Positions 18,058 to 25,832 of a DNA stretch of 27,938 nucleotides are shown here, in pieces. Under the pieces are notes generated by a model. It saw only the letters and a list, made by a program, of their open reading frames with translations, had not been told where the DNA came from and did no database searches. Each line of letters starts with the position of its first letter. Within the stretch, counting starts at the first letter, position 1. Source of the stretch: a virus (Duplodnaviria; Caudoviricetes); the IMG/VR virus record IMGVR_UViG_3300021978_000004, positions 1 to 27,938 of that record, one strand, 5' to 3'. The position numbers and the translations under genes were made by a program.

Positions 18058-18230
18058 CCCTACCTCTCGAATATCTGTCCCGATCGCAGCGGCACCGTGT
18101 TCGCATCCCTGTGCGATACCTGACTTGACCGGTGGTGGATCGGGACGCGACCCGGTTAGGGGCCGAACGCAAAAAACCTCCCGGGTCCTTTTTGCGCGAA
18201 GGGGGGCGGTTTGTTCACCTGCCCCCTCCG
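18055..18230 (-). ncRNA. Putative structured cis-regulatory RNA leader of the packaging/head operon
   Basis: Three consecutive inverted-repeat units: 18200-18227, 18168-18196 and a nested long stem at 18057-18162. G-U pairs favour the minus strand. Confidence 0.45.
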
Positions 18231-18261
18231 CCTTTTCCCGACCGAGAGCGGACGTTCTTCG

Positions 18262-18792
18262 CTAGGCGATGAATCCCGAGAGCGCGGCCCAGCTACCGGC
18301 TGCGAACGAAACTACGGACAAGACAGCAAGGCCGAGGCCCACGGCCAGCGCGATAGACCCGCGCTTGTACGAGCGCATGAAGTCTCGACCCTTGGGCTTG
18401 TCTCCGAGCATCTCGCTCTGCTTCTCCCACGCTTCCTCGATTGAGGTTTGCGAATACCAATACTGAGACAGGAAGCCTCCGAACATGCTGGCGAGCGAAC
18501 AGAATAGACCAGCGACGAAGAAGCCGAAGGCTAACTTTAGCTGTTCCGGATCGAGCGCGAGCTCGATGCCTTGCTGTCCGACCAGAGTGAATAGGGCGAC
18601 GATGGCGCCACCGTTCACCAAAGTCAGCGACTGGACTGCGACCTTCCCAAGGTCGACCTGGTACTGAAGCCGATTTGCAGCGTCGGACATCAGTGCCTCG
18701 TAGTCGAGGCGAGCGGCTTCACGCTTCTGCTCATCCGGCGTCATGGTGGCTAAGGGATGCCATGGCGCGGCGAAGAATCCTAGACTGGCCAT
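18262..18792 (-). CDS. Hypothetical membrane protein, about 3 TM segments
   Basis: RBS GGAGA; three hydrophobic segments; LTLVNGGAIVALF motif. Confidence 0.7.
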   Translation of the reverse strand: MASLGFFAAPWHPLATMTPDEQKREAARLDYEALMSDAANRLQYQVDLGKVAVQSLTLVNGGAIVALFTLVGQQGIELALDPEQLKLAFGFFVAGLFCSLASMFGGFLSQYWYSQTSIEEAWEKQSEMLGDKPKGRDFMRSYKRGSIALAVGLGLAVLSVVSFAAGSWAALSGFIA

Positions 18793-18816
18793 CCGTCGTC
18801 TCCGATCGATGAGTAA

Positions 18817-18845
18817 TTGCGCTCAGTTGCTTCTTCGCGCATCAT
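18817..18845 (+). promoter_or_regulatory. Putative promoter of the lipoprotein gene
   Basis: TTGCGC-N17-CATCAT followed by RBS GAGGGG and ATG at 18866. Confidence 0.35.
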
Positions 18846-18865
18846 AGAAAGCAGAGGGGACTGAT

Positions 18866-19318
18866 ATGAGAATGATGGCAGCTGTTGCGCTGGGGCTGGG
18901 ATTGGCTCTTTCGTCATGTGGTACAGCAGAGGAAGCAGATGATCTTCCCGCTGAGCCGATTCAGGAGGCTTCGGATCCGCCGGTCAAGCTTTCAGAGGCC
19001 GATCTACTCCGAGTCTGTAGGGGCGGGGCTGCGTTTCGCAACGGGCACGACGTTGGAATTGTCTCGGCGAGAATAGCGGCGTCGAACATGGTCCGGGTGT
19101 CCTATACCCGAGATGACGGCAAAGCCTTTGAGTATGACTGCCTCGTTGAAGGCAGCGAGGTTCGCTATCGCATGATCGATGAGCGTGGACCGGGTACCGG
19201 ACCTGGCACCTGGTCCGGCCGAGGATCGACTACGACGTTCAAAATCGAAGGCGACGAAATTGAGTTTACGGACCGGTTTTTTGACGGCTCGACTGATATC
19301 CAGCGCCTCAAGGTGTGA
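18866..19318 (+). CDS. Lipoprotein of unknown function
   Basis: RBS GAGGGG; lipobox LALSS-C after a hydrophobic signal; two further cysteines. Confidence 0.75.
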   Translation: MRMMAAVALGLGLALSSCGTAEEADDLPAEPIQEASDPPVKLSEADLLRVCRGGAAFRNGHDVGIVSARIAASNMVRVSYTRDDGKAFEYDCLVEGSEVRYRMIDERGPGTGPGTWSGRGSTTTFKIEGDEIEFTDRFFDGSTDIQRLKV

Positions 19319-19624
19319 TCGCTCCGTCAGAGCACGGGGAATTCCCTATCGCAGCCTTCGCCTCGCTCGAAACAGCACCGCTTAGCCTCTTCCTGCATCC
19401 GGCAACAGCAATAGCCACCTTCGTCACACTTGCGGCCTCTGCCATCTGAGCGGCTGCCGGCAGATTATTCTGGACATCCGCTTTCGACCCTCGACCGGCA
19501 CTTTTGGCCCTACGCCTCGGCGCTCTCGCGCTGAGTCTTAGCATCGCTTCCCCCAGTGCGTCAGGCTTTACAAACTCTTCGAGACTGAAGCATCATCCGC
19601 AGTCCACTGAGGGGAGGAAGTGCA

Positions 19625-19840
19625 ATGCTCGGAAGATGTCCTAGCTGCGAGAGAAGTGTGGACGTAAGGTATAGCGCTGGCAGGGCGAAGCAAAGCTTCG
19701 GGAGCGGGGAAATCTCGGTTGTAAGTTACACGTGCGGATCATGTGGCACCATTCTCGGCGTTCAAGCAGACCCAATTGCGGTGATGGCAGATCAGACGGA
19801 GCGTGTTGCCAAGCGACTAGGAGCAGGCCCAAAGCGGTAG
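19625..19840 (+). CDS. Small Zn-ribbon protein
   Basis: Strong RBS GGGGAGGA; CPSC...CGSC pairs. Confidence 0.7.
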   Translation: MLGRCPSCERSVDVRYSAGRAKQSFGSGEISVVSYTCGSCGTILGVQADPIAVMADQTERVAKRLGAGPKR

Positions 19841-19964
19841 CACGCGACCGCGAAGCAACCTGCTGCGGAAGTTGACGGGAAGGGCGAACATGCCACGAAG
19901 GCCATCGACCAATTAACTTCCCAACGCGCTTTCAGAATAGCGCGGTGCCTGACGGCTGTTCACG

Positions 19965-20453
19965 TTATGGTCTCACTTTCTGCAAAAGGCAAGGGGGCAC
20001 CTTCACTGGCAGGATAAAATCCACAATGTCGACCGTAGCGTAGCTTTGAGTGCATGCTCGCACCGTGCCTTGCAGCCCTTGGAATGGACCAGACGCAAAT
20101 CGCACTGGCGTCCCCGGCTTCGGCAGGAGCCGAGCCGGGACAGGCGCCTTCTCCGAGATATGGCGCAGTGGCTCGAGCGATCGATCCGCAATTCGCACCC
20201 GTTTCCCGCCCACCCGCATCATGCTGTACGAGACTAGTGGTACCTTCGGAAGAGTGTCGGCAGCATCCTCAGGCACGAATACGAACGATGGGATGCAGGC
20301 CTCGGTGATAAGCCGACGAACGTTCGAGCGGGGCAGGCGGCGTTGCCGCTTCCAGGTGGGTGTCCAGGCGCCACAGGAGGCAAGCTGGTTCGCCAGCGTC
20401 AACGTCTTGCTGCTGGGGCAGCGAAGGACGATCCAGGTGGTCTCACTTGTCAT
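19965..20453 (-). CDS. NusG/RfaH-family transcription antiterminator (NGN + KOW)
   Basis: N-terminal WIVLRC and IPSFVFV (equivalent to FPGYVFV); KOW motif PGTPVRFASGPFQGLQGTV; ATGA overlap with the upstream ORF. Confidence 0.85.
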   Translation of the reverse strand: MTSETTWIVLRCPSSKTLTLANQLASCGAWTPTWKRQRRLPRSNVRRLITEACIPSFVFVPEDAADTLPKVPLVSYSMMRVGGKRVRIADRSLEPLRHISEKAPVPARLLPKPGTPVRFASGPFQGLQGTVRACTQSYATVDIVDFILPVKVPPCLLQKVRP

Positions 20454-20629
20454 CGACGCCCCCGAATTTTGGCGAGGTCGTCGATCACGTCCTCGATGGT
20501 CTCGCAGGCCTCCCGGCGCATCTCAGCGGCCAGCGAGGGCATGACACCCGACAGGCCGCGCACCATCATCTTCACGGCCATCAATCGCGCTACAGCATCC
20601 TCAATCGTGGGCTTCTTGGACCTACCCAT
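20450..20629 (-). CDS. Small hypothetical protein (59 aa)
   Basis: RBS GGAGG before MGRSKKPTIEDAV; coupled to the nusG paralog. Confidence 0.6.
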   Translation of the reverse strand: MGRSKKPTIEDAVARLMAVKMMVRGLSGVMPSLAAEMRREACETIEDVIDDLAKIRGRR

Positions 20630-20659
20630 GTCAGCGTCCCTCCGGTCGATCCGCAAAAA

Positions 20660-21027
20660 GAATCGCAACAATCGCAACAATCGCAGAGGGTCTGCGACAG
20701 AAGCCTGAAATGCTGTCTTCTTTCATTGAAAAAGACCCTATTATTTAGATGAAACAATAGGATACCCCTTCTGAATCCCTAGATGTGGGAATCAGATTGC
20801 TGGCGTCCAGTGATGAAAAATCGCAAAGTGTCGCAAATCAGTTGCGACAGTTCAGGGTCCCCCCTTCGGATTAAGAACTGACCAGCTGCGAGCTGCGATT
20901 CCTGCGATTGTTGCGATTCTGGTCGCTACCAGAGCTCCGCAATGGCAGAATTCGGCGGACTTCAAGCCCGCTGCAAGTGTCGCAGTTGCAATCGCGCCGT
21001 CTGCGACACTTGCGATTGTTTGCGACC
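20660..21027. repeat. Putative replication origin: TCGCA/TGCGA iterons flanking an AT-rich tract
   Basis: About 15 copies of TCGCA or its complement, including AATCGCAAC tandems at 20661-20686 and TGCGA(TT) tandems at 20887-20918; AT-rich stretch at about 20709-20790; directly downstream of the DUF3987 gene. Confidence 0.7.
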
Positions 21028-21029
21028 GC

Positions 21030-22580
21030 TCAGCCATGACGCACCAGAATGCGCCAAGCAGTTCGCACCTTCTTCCCGCGGACGACACCCCCATCCGAGG
21101 TCCGCTCCACGTGATTGTGCCGCTCCAGGACCTCCAGCACAGACCGAATTCGATCGCTGCGGCTTCGCAGCGTGGCGGGACCGCCTCGACTGATCTCTGT
21201 CAGAGAGATTAGCGGCTCTCGCCATTTGCATTTGAGCCAATCGGAGAGATCCTGCGCGTCCCGATAAATCGGGTCGATCGCCTTCTGACCGAATAGCCTC
21301 AGCGCTTCGTTGAGGTAGAAGTCTGCAAGGCCGATGCCGCAGGCCATGGCGTGACCGTCGATTTCCTCGATCCCTGCCCCTTCGTCAAACACCGCGACAT
21401 TGGCGGCCAGTCGAGCTGCCATCTCCGGTAGCTTGCCGACAAAGCCTTTTACAGCGTGCAGCCGGCCCTCAGGGCCGAGCTGTCGCTCAAGATCGTTGTA
21501 GTATTCCCACCACATCCTGGCAGCTTTATCCGAAAGAGGCAGGGCGCGTGGGGTTAGGACAAGTGTTTCAGGCTCGACCGGTAGGTTGGCTCGAATGATG
21601 CGATCGAGCCGTTCGCTATATGTACCCAACTTGGCCTTCGCATCGGCATCAATGCCAGCCGTGGGATCCACGATCCGGGTTCCGGCCAGGCTCTCAGGGT
21701 GCGAGACCAGCATGCGGCTCAGGAACCCTTGGCCCAATGCTTCTTCGTCCCCCAGCAGTCGCTCCGCAACGATAGGCTGCACCATCATGTGAAAGGTAAG
21801 CCGGCGGCCCCGGAGGGCGGTGAACCCTTCTCCAGCTGTCAGTATCTGAACGGTCGCACCGTCCCAGAAGTCGCTGAGCGTGGTGATTGTGGCCAGCCGG
21901 TTGTCATCGCTCATACCGAAGCCGCCCAACCAGGAGCCACCTTCGTCCGACATCAGACCGAGTGACGGCCGACAGCTGGAGAAGCGGCGCAGGAGACCCT
22001 GCGTCGTTCCTGTCCGGACGGCAATGGTTGGCTCGATTGGGCCATCGGGGCGCGGACCGAGTTCGATATATGCGCGCTCCAGCGCCTCGCGACCTTGCTT
22101 CTTTACCCGCTGAGTGACTTCGCGTTTGGCTTCGTCCCAGGCCGCCTGTGCGAGGGCAGCACTCGCGCGATCCCGACCGTACTGATCCTCCAGTTCCCGC
22201 TCGAATGCCTTTACCGGTCCGAGGGCCAGATCATCCGAGGTGGACTTGCGGTCACCGCTTTCAGCAACTGAGACAAGAAATAGGCTGGTGGGGCGCTCTT
22301 TGCCCGTGGGCAGAACAACGTTGAAATGCGGCTGGACCGCCAGCGAGCAAGCGGCCAGCACGGACTGGGCCGCAAGGCTAGGTGGAACGAAGGCGAGTTT
22401 CGCGATGCCTTCAACAGCGCCTTGCATCGTCGCGCCGAGAAACTGGCTTGGATAGGGCGCTTGCTCATCCCTGGTCGGCATGAGCGGTTCGGGCTCCGGT
22501 CCTCGCGGTTCGGGATCTCCAAGGTATTCGGAAGCGCGTGCCGCCAGTTCGCGCTCTATGGAATCGCCATGAGACAGCAC
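21030..22580 (-). CDS. DUF3987 / YfjI-family replication protein (helicase-like ATPase)
   Basis: Walker A-like VAESGDRKS, Walker B-like GLMSDEG, and DFWDG, MVQP, QGFLSR and RLAA motifs; C-terminal wHTH-like region. Confidence 0.85.
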   Translation of the reverse strand: MLSHGDSIERELAARASEYLGDPEPRGPEPEPLMPTRDEQAPYPSQFLGATMQGAVEGIAKLAFVPPSLAAQSVLAACSLAVQPHFNVVLPTGKERPTSLFLVSVAESGDRKSTSDDLALGPVKAFERELEDQYGRDRASAALAQAAWDEAKREVTQRVKKQGREALERAYIELGPRPDGPIEPTIAVRTGTTQGLLRRFSSCRPSLGLMSDEGGSWLGGFGMSDDNRLATITTLSDFWDGATVQILTAGEGFTALRGRRLTFHMMVQPIVAERLLGDEEALGQGFLSRMLVSHPESLAGTRIVDPTAGIDADAKAKLGTYSERLDRIIRANLPVEPETLVLTPRALPLSDKAARMWWEYYNDLERQLGPEGRLHAVKGFVGKLPEMAARLAANVAVFDEGAGIEEIDGHAMACGIGLADFYLNEALRLFGQKAIDPIYRDAQDLSDWLKCKWREPLISLTEISRGGPATLRSRSDRIRSVLEVLERHNHVERTSDGGVVRGKKVRTAWRILVRHG

Positions 22581-22582
22581 CG

Positions 22583-22867
22583 TTAGACGCCCTCACTGAG
22601 AAGCTGTTCGGCGAGAAACGCGGCGTGTACCAGGTTGCGAACATAGGTGGCTGCCAGCTTCAGGCGATCTGGCGCCATGTCGGCGTAGAGGAACTCACCA
22701 GCGGCTTCGTGGGCATCGCAAGCGAGTCGAAAGGCCTGTAAGATCGTGGATTGCCCTCTCAGCATCGCCGCGTGGTCTCTGGCCTTGTATAGGCTGATCC
22801 GATGCTCAAGCTCCTCGCCTTCGGCGTTAGGAACGAACTGCTGGATTTGGAGGGCCAAGTCTTCCAC
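22583..22867 (-). CDS. Hypothetical protein
   Basis: RBS GAGG before GTG; tightly packed in the early leftward operon. Confidence 0.6.
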   Translation of the reverse strand: MEDLALQIQQFVPNAEGEELEHRISLYKARDHAAMLRGQSTILQAFRLACDAHEAAGEFLYADMAPDRLKLAATYVRNLVHAAFLAEQLLSEGV

Positions 22868-22881
22868 GCGGAGACCTCGAT

Positions 22882-23064
22882 CTAGGATGGGTGGCGAAGT
22901 GACGCCAAAGCTGCGGCAGCCGCAGCAGAGACGATCGCTTCACGTTCGGCTGGATCGCTCGACAGCGAGGCAACGACGCGTTCAATGGCTCGGCGGGTCA
23001 CGTCGATGTCAGGGCGGAGGCTGGCGGGATAGCCGGACGCGCGCGAGGAGAGTTTGCTCATCAC
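22882..23064 (-). CDS. Small hypothetical protein
   Basis: Start overlaps the HTH gene stop (GTGATG); 60 aa. Confidence 0.5.
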   Translation of the reverse strand: MMSKLSSRASGYPASLRPDIDVTRRAIERVVASLSSDPAEREAIVSAAAAAALASLRHPS

Positions 23065-23240
23065 GCTGCCGTCCGGAATGCGCGATCGAGTTCGCTCTTT
23101 CGGAAGAACAGCTTCTTCCCTTTTCGGATGACGGGGATCGCTTCCGCCTCAACAAGTCGATAAACGGCGCGTCGCTTCAACCCTAAATATTTTGCAGCGG
23201 CATCCGCCCCATCCAGGAGATCCTCAGAAAGTGCTTGCAT
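23061..23240 (-). CDS. AlpA/excisionase-like helix-turn-helix protein (HTH_17-like)
   Basis: Start MQALSEDLL at 23240 (RBS AAGGAAG); AAAKYLGLKRRAVYRL...IPVIRKGKKLFFRKSELD. Confidence 0.85.
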   Translation of the reverse strand: MQALSEDLLDGADAAAKYLGLKRRAVYRLVEAEAIPVIRKGKKLFFRKSELDRAFRTAA

Positions 23241-23292
23241 GTTACTTCCTTTCCCGTACCATCCCATTCGACGCCGCCATGCGACGGTTCAG

Positions 23293-23340
23293 TAGAATGA
23301 ATACGTTCTATACCCCTCAGGGCGGTTTGTGCAAGCACAA
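23293..23340. promoter_or_regulatory. Divergent control region with two palindromic operator candidates
   Basis: TAGAA-N8-TTCTA (23293-23310) and TTGTGC-AA-GCACAA (23327-23340) overlap a leftward TTGCAC-N16-TATAGA promoter-like sequence. Confidence 0.5.
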
Positions 23341-23360
23341 TTCTGGTGTTGAGTAATAAG

Positions 23361-24374
23361 ATGCGCGAATTCACGTATGCGGAGTTGGAGGCCGTGCTAA
23401 TGCGTGCGTTTCTCATCGGAACCACGAAGCGGGTCGCCTTCAGTGGGCGGATTAAAGCGCTGATCAAGTACGGTGTGCCGATGCGACCCCGACTTGGAAG
23501 AGGCCATGCCGCCAAGTTCTCAGGGGATCACCTTCTTCAGTTGGCCGTTGCCCTTGCCCTCACTCGCGCCGGGCTTTCTCCCCAGACATCGGCTCAGATC
23601 GTCAAAGGGCAATGGTGGATGGAGAAGGAGAAGATAAACGCGGGTCTCAAGCGGATATCGGAAGGATATTCATCGAGCGGCATAGCGCTCGGCTGGATGT
23701 GGATCGCTTATGTCGATGCTTTCGAGGACCTGAAAAAGGACAGTGGCAGTCGACCCGTCGCGTTAGAAGCAGTGCCCCCGTCTCAGCTATACGGATATAC
23801 AGAATGGGGACCTTTCACCGGGTATCAACATGAGCGCGCGATTGTCCTAAATCCAGCGATCATCCTCACTCGTTTGATTCAATCATGTGTTCAGGTGCTC
23901 GATTGGCCATGCGCGGAAGATTGGGCGCTCTATTACCGATCTCTTGAGGATAAACTCGACGATAACTCTGCCCTGTTTGAAGAACACATTGAGTATCTGG
24001 AAGTACAGGCCAAATCTGCGGGCGAAGGTAACGGCCCGTTTCCTGGAGCGGATCGTGCCTTAAGGCTTTTCAAGAGCTCCTCTGGCCAACCCTATGGCAT
24101 GCGCGCGCTGAGTTACTGTCTCAGCGCCTATGCTCAGCTTGAGCTTCGCTGGGTGATCACGCCACCAAACCTTAAAAATGAGCTGCTAGATATTGTTGAT
24201 GAGGAGGTTCTAACTGCCCGGAAAGCGGGACAAGATGAACTAGTCCAATTGGGGCTCGTTACCCGTCAATCTGACGAGTTTGCCGATGCGCCAGACCTGA
24301 CAGATCTCGGACGACGCTATCTCGAATTCTACGGGCCTAGCGACGGAACTGATAATGTCGATCCGAAAGCGTGA
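23361..24374 (+). CDS. Putative transcriptional regulator (MerR-like wHTH N-terminus; second wHTH-like C-terminus)
   Basis: Divergent from the AlpA-like gene and overlaps int by 20 nt; GRGHAAKFS..HLLQLAVALAL..AGL and C-terminal LVQLGLV...LTDLGR; ATG at 23361 preferred. Confidence 0.55.
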   Translation: MREFTYAELEAVLMRAFLIGTTKRVAFSGRIKALIKYGVPMRPRLGRGHAAKFSGDHLLQLAVALALTRAGLSPQTSAQIVKGQWWMEKEKINAGLKRISEGYSSSGIALGWMWIAYVDAFEDLKKDSGSRPVALEAVPPSQLYGYTEWGPFTGYQHERAIVLNPAIILTRLIQSCVQVLDWPCAEDWALYYRSLEDKLDDNSALFEEHIEYLEVQAKSAGEGNGPFPGADRALRLFKSSSGQPYGMRALSYCLSAYAQLELRWVITPPNLKNELLDIVDEEVLTARKAGQDELVQLGLVTRQSDEFADAPDLTDLGRRYLEFYGPSDGTDNVDPKA

Positions 24375-25548
24375 ATGGACGAGCAGGGGCGAGGCCAAGT
24401 CCGCCTGGCTGGTCGACTATCGCGATCAGAGCGGCGCTCGGCGCGCGAAGCAGTTCGCCCGCAAGAAGGATGCCGAGGCCTTCGAGACGCAGACCCTCTG
24501 GGAAGTTCGACAGGGCACGCACACTGCAGACTCGCAGAGCATCACCGTTGCGAAGGCCGGCGAGAACTGGCTAGCTCGCGGGCGGCGTGAGGGGCTCGAG
24601 GAATCCACACTCGACGCTTATGGCCAGCATCTTGAACTCCACATCAAGCCGCGGCTCGGCGCAAAGAAGCTGAACCAGCTATCGAAGCCGATGATCGAGG
24701 AATTCCGCGACTGGCTGCTCGACAACGGCCGGTCGAAGCCGATGGCGAAGCGGGTACTCGGCTCCCTCACCGCCCTCATGAAAGAAGCTCAGCGGGTCGG
24801 CTATGTCGCCCAGAACGTGGCGCAGGGCGTGACGGTCAAGCGCTCGGGCCGCGAGAAGCCGCGGGTCGTGCCGCCAAGCAAGGCGCAGATCAGGGCGCTG
24901 CTCGCCGCGGCCGGGGATGAAAAGGCCCGTCCGATCGATCTGCCGATGCTGATGACGTTCCTGTTCGTCGGCCTGCGCGCCTCCGAACTCAGGGGACTAC
25001 CCTGGCGCAATGTCGATCTGAAACATGGCAAGCTGACGGTCGACCAGCGCGCAGATCGCAAGAACATCATTGGCCCCCCGAAATCAGCATCGGGCGTTCG
25101 CACGATCCCGATGGCGCCGGGGCTCGTCGCCGAGCTGCGCAAGTGGAAGCTGCGTTGTCCCCCGTCAGCCCTCGACCTCGTGTTCCCCAGCAACAGCGGG
25201 ACGCCGATCTTTCACGCTAATCTCGTGCTCGGCTTCCAGGAACCGCTGCAGGAGCGGGCTGGCTTGGTGAAGCCGTGGATCCGGGACGGCAAGCCGGCGA
25301 CTGATGACGATGACCAGCCGATCATGAAGGGCATCTTCACCCTCCACGATTTCCGTCACGCCTGCGCCTCGCTCTGGATCGAACAGCGTGTCGCACCGAA
25401 GCGGGTCCAGACATGGATGGGGCATCACTCGATCCAGGTGACCTTCGACACGTACGGTCACCTGTTCGAAGCGCTTGAGGACGACACCGCCACGATGGCG
25501 GCGATGGAAGCGAGCGTGTTGGGCACAACAGACGGAGCTGTAGCATGA
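24355..25548 (+). CDS. int: Tyrosine recombinase / integrase
   Basis: Complete catalytic set: GLRASEL (R), PPKS (K), HDFRH, MGH and TYGH (Y); N-terminal arm-binding domain. Confidence 0.96.
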   Translation: MSIRKREWTSRGEAKSAWLVDYRDQSGARRAKQFARKKDAEAFETQTLWEVRQGTHTADSQSITVAKAGENWLARGRREGLEESTLDAYGQHLELHIKPRLGAKKLNQLSKPMIEEFRDWLLDNGRSKPMAKRVLGSLTALMKEAQRVGYVAQNVAQGVTVKRSGREKPRVVPPSKAQIRALLAAAGDEKARPIDLPMLMTFLFVGLRASELRGLPWRNVDLKHGKLTVDQRADRKNIIGPPKSASGVRTIPMAPGLVAELRKWKLRCPPSALDLVFPSNSGTPIFHANLVLGFQEPLQERAGLVKPWIRDGKPATDDDDQPIMKGIFTLHDFRHACASLWIEQRVAPKRVQTWMGHHSIQVTFDTYGHLFEALEDDTATMAAMEASVLGTTDGAVA

Positions 25549-25832
25549 CCCCTATCGAACGCGCGTGCGTCGCCATCATCGAAGCTCTTCGTGCGCAGGG
25601 CAACCTCTGCGACGACTGTGGCGAACCGGAGTACGCCCAAGTTGAGGGATCGTTCGAGGTTGAGCCGGTCGCCCGCGCGGTCCTGCAGGCGATCCGCGAG
25701 CCGAGTGGGGGGATGAAGTCCTCGACTTGGATTAAGCTTGGCGATTATTCAATTTCCACGGAGGACCAGAGAGCTCTGGCTGCGGCCGATGTCTGGCGAG
25801 CCATGATCGACGCCGCGTTGGAGGAAAGATGA
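25545..25832 (+). CDS. Phage hypothetical protein
   Basis: ATGA overlap with int; ARAVLQAIREPS..M...WRAMIDAAL motif familiar from alphaproteobacterial prophages. Confidence 0.7.
   Translation: MTPIERACVAIIEALRAQGNLCDDCGEPEYAQVEGSFEVEPVARAVLQAIREPSGGMKSSTWIKLGDYSISTEDQRALAAADVWRAMIDAALEER

Noticed and set aside
18183-18189. GGGTCCT matching lambda cosQ
   Set aside because: Opposite orientation to terS/terL, no lambda-like cosN at the proper spacing, and the packaging genes are HK97-type; probably a chance 7-mer.
19308-19544. 78-aa minus-strand ORF
   Set aside because: Low-complexity Ala/Arg sequence with no motif, overlapping the lipoprotein stop; cannot be supported.
19833-19844. ops-like AGCGGTAGCACG
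   Set aside because: On the strand opposite to late transcription, an imperfect match, and includes the Zn-ribbon stop codon.
20660-21027. CRISPR array
   Set aside because: Repeats are 5-9 bp, irregularly spaced, in both orientations and without spacers; an iteron origin fits better.
20852-21037. ORF MAERSQTIASVA...IATIAGIA
   Set aside because: The IAT/SQ repeats are translations of the iterons; treated as an origin shadow, although its start overlaps the DUF3987 end, so it is not fully excluded.
23287-23308. LexA box in the switch region
   Set aside because: The two GTTC units are 14 bp apart, not 7.
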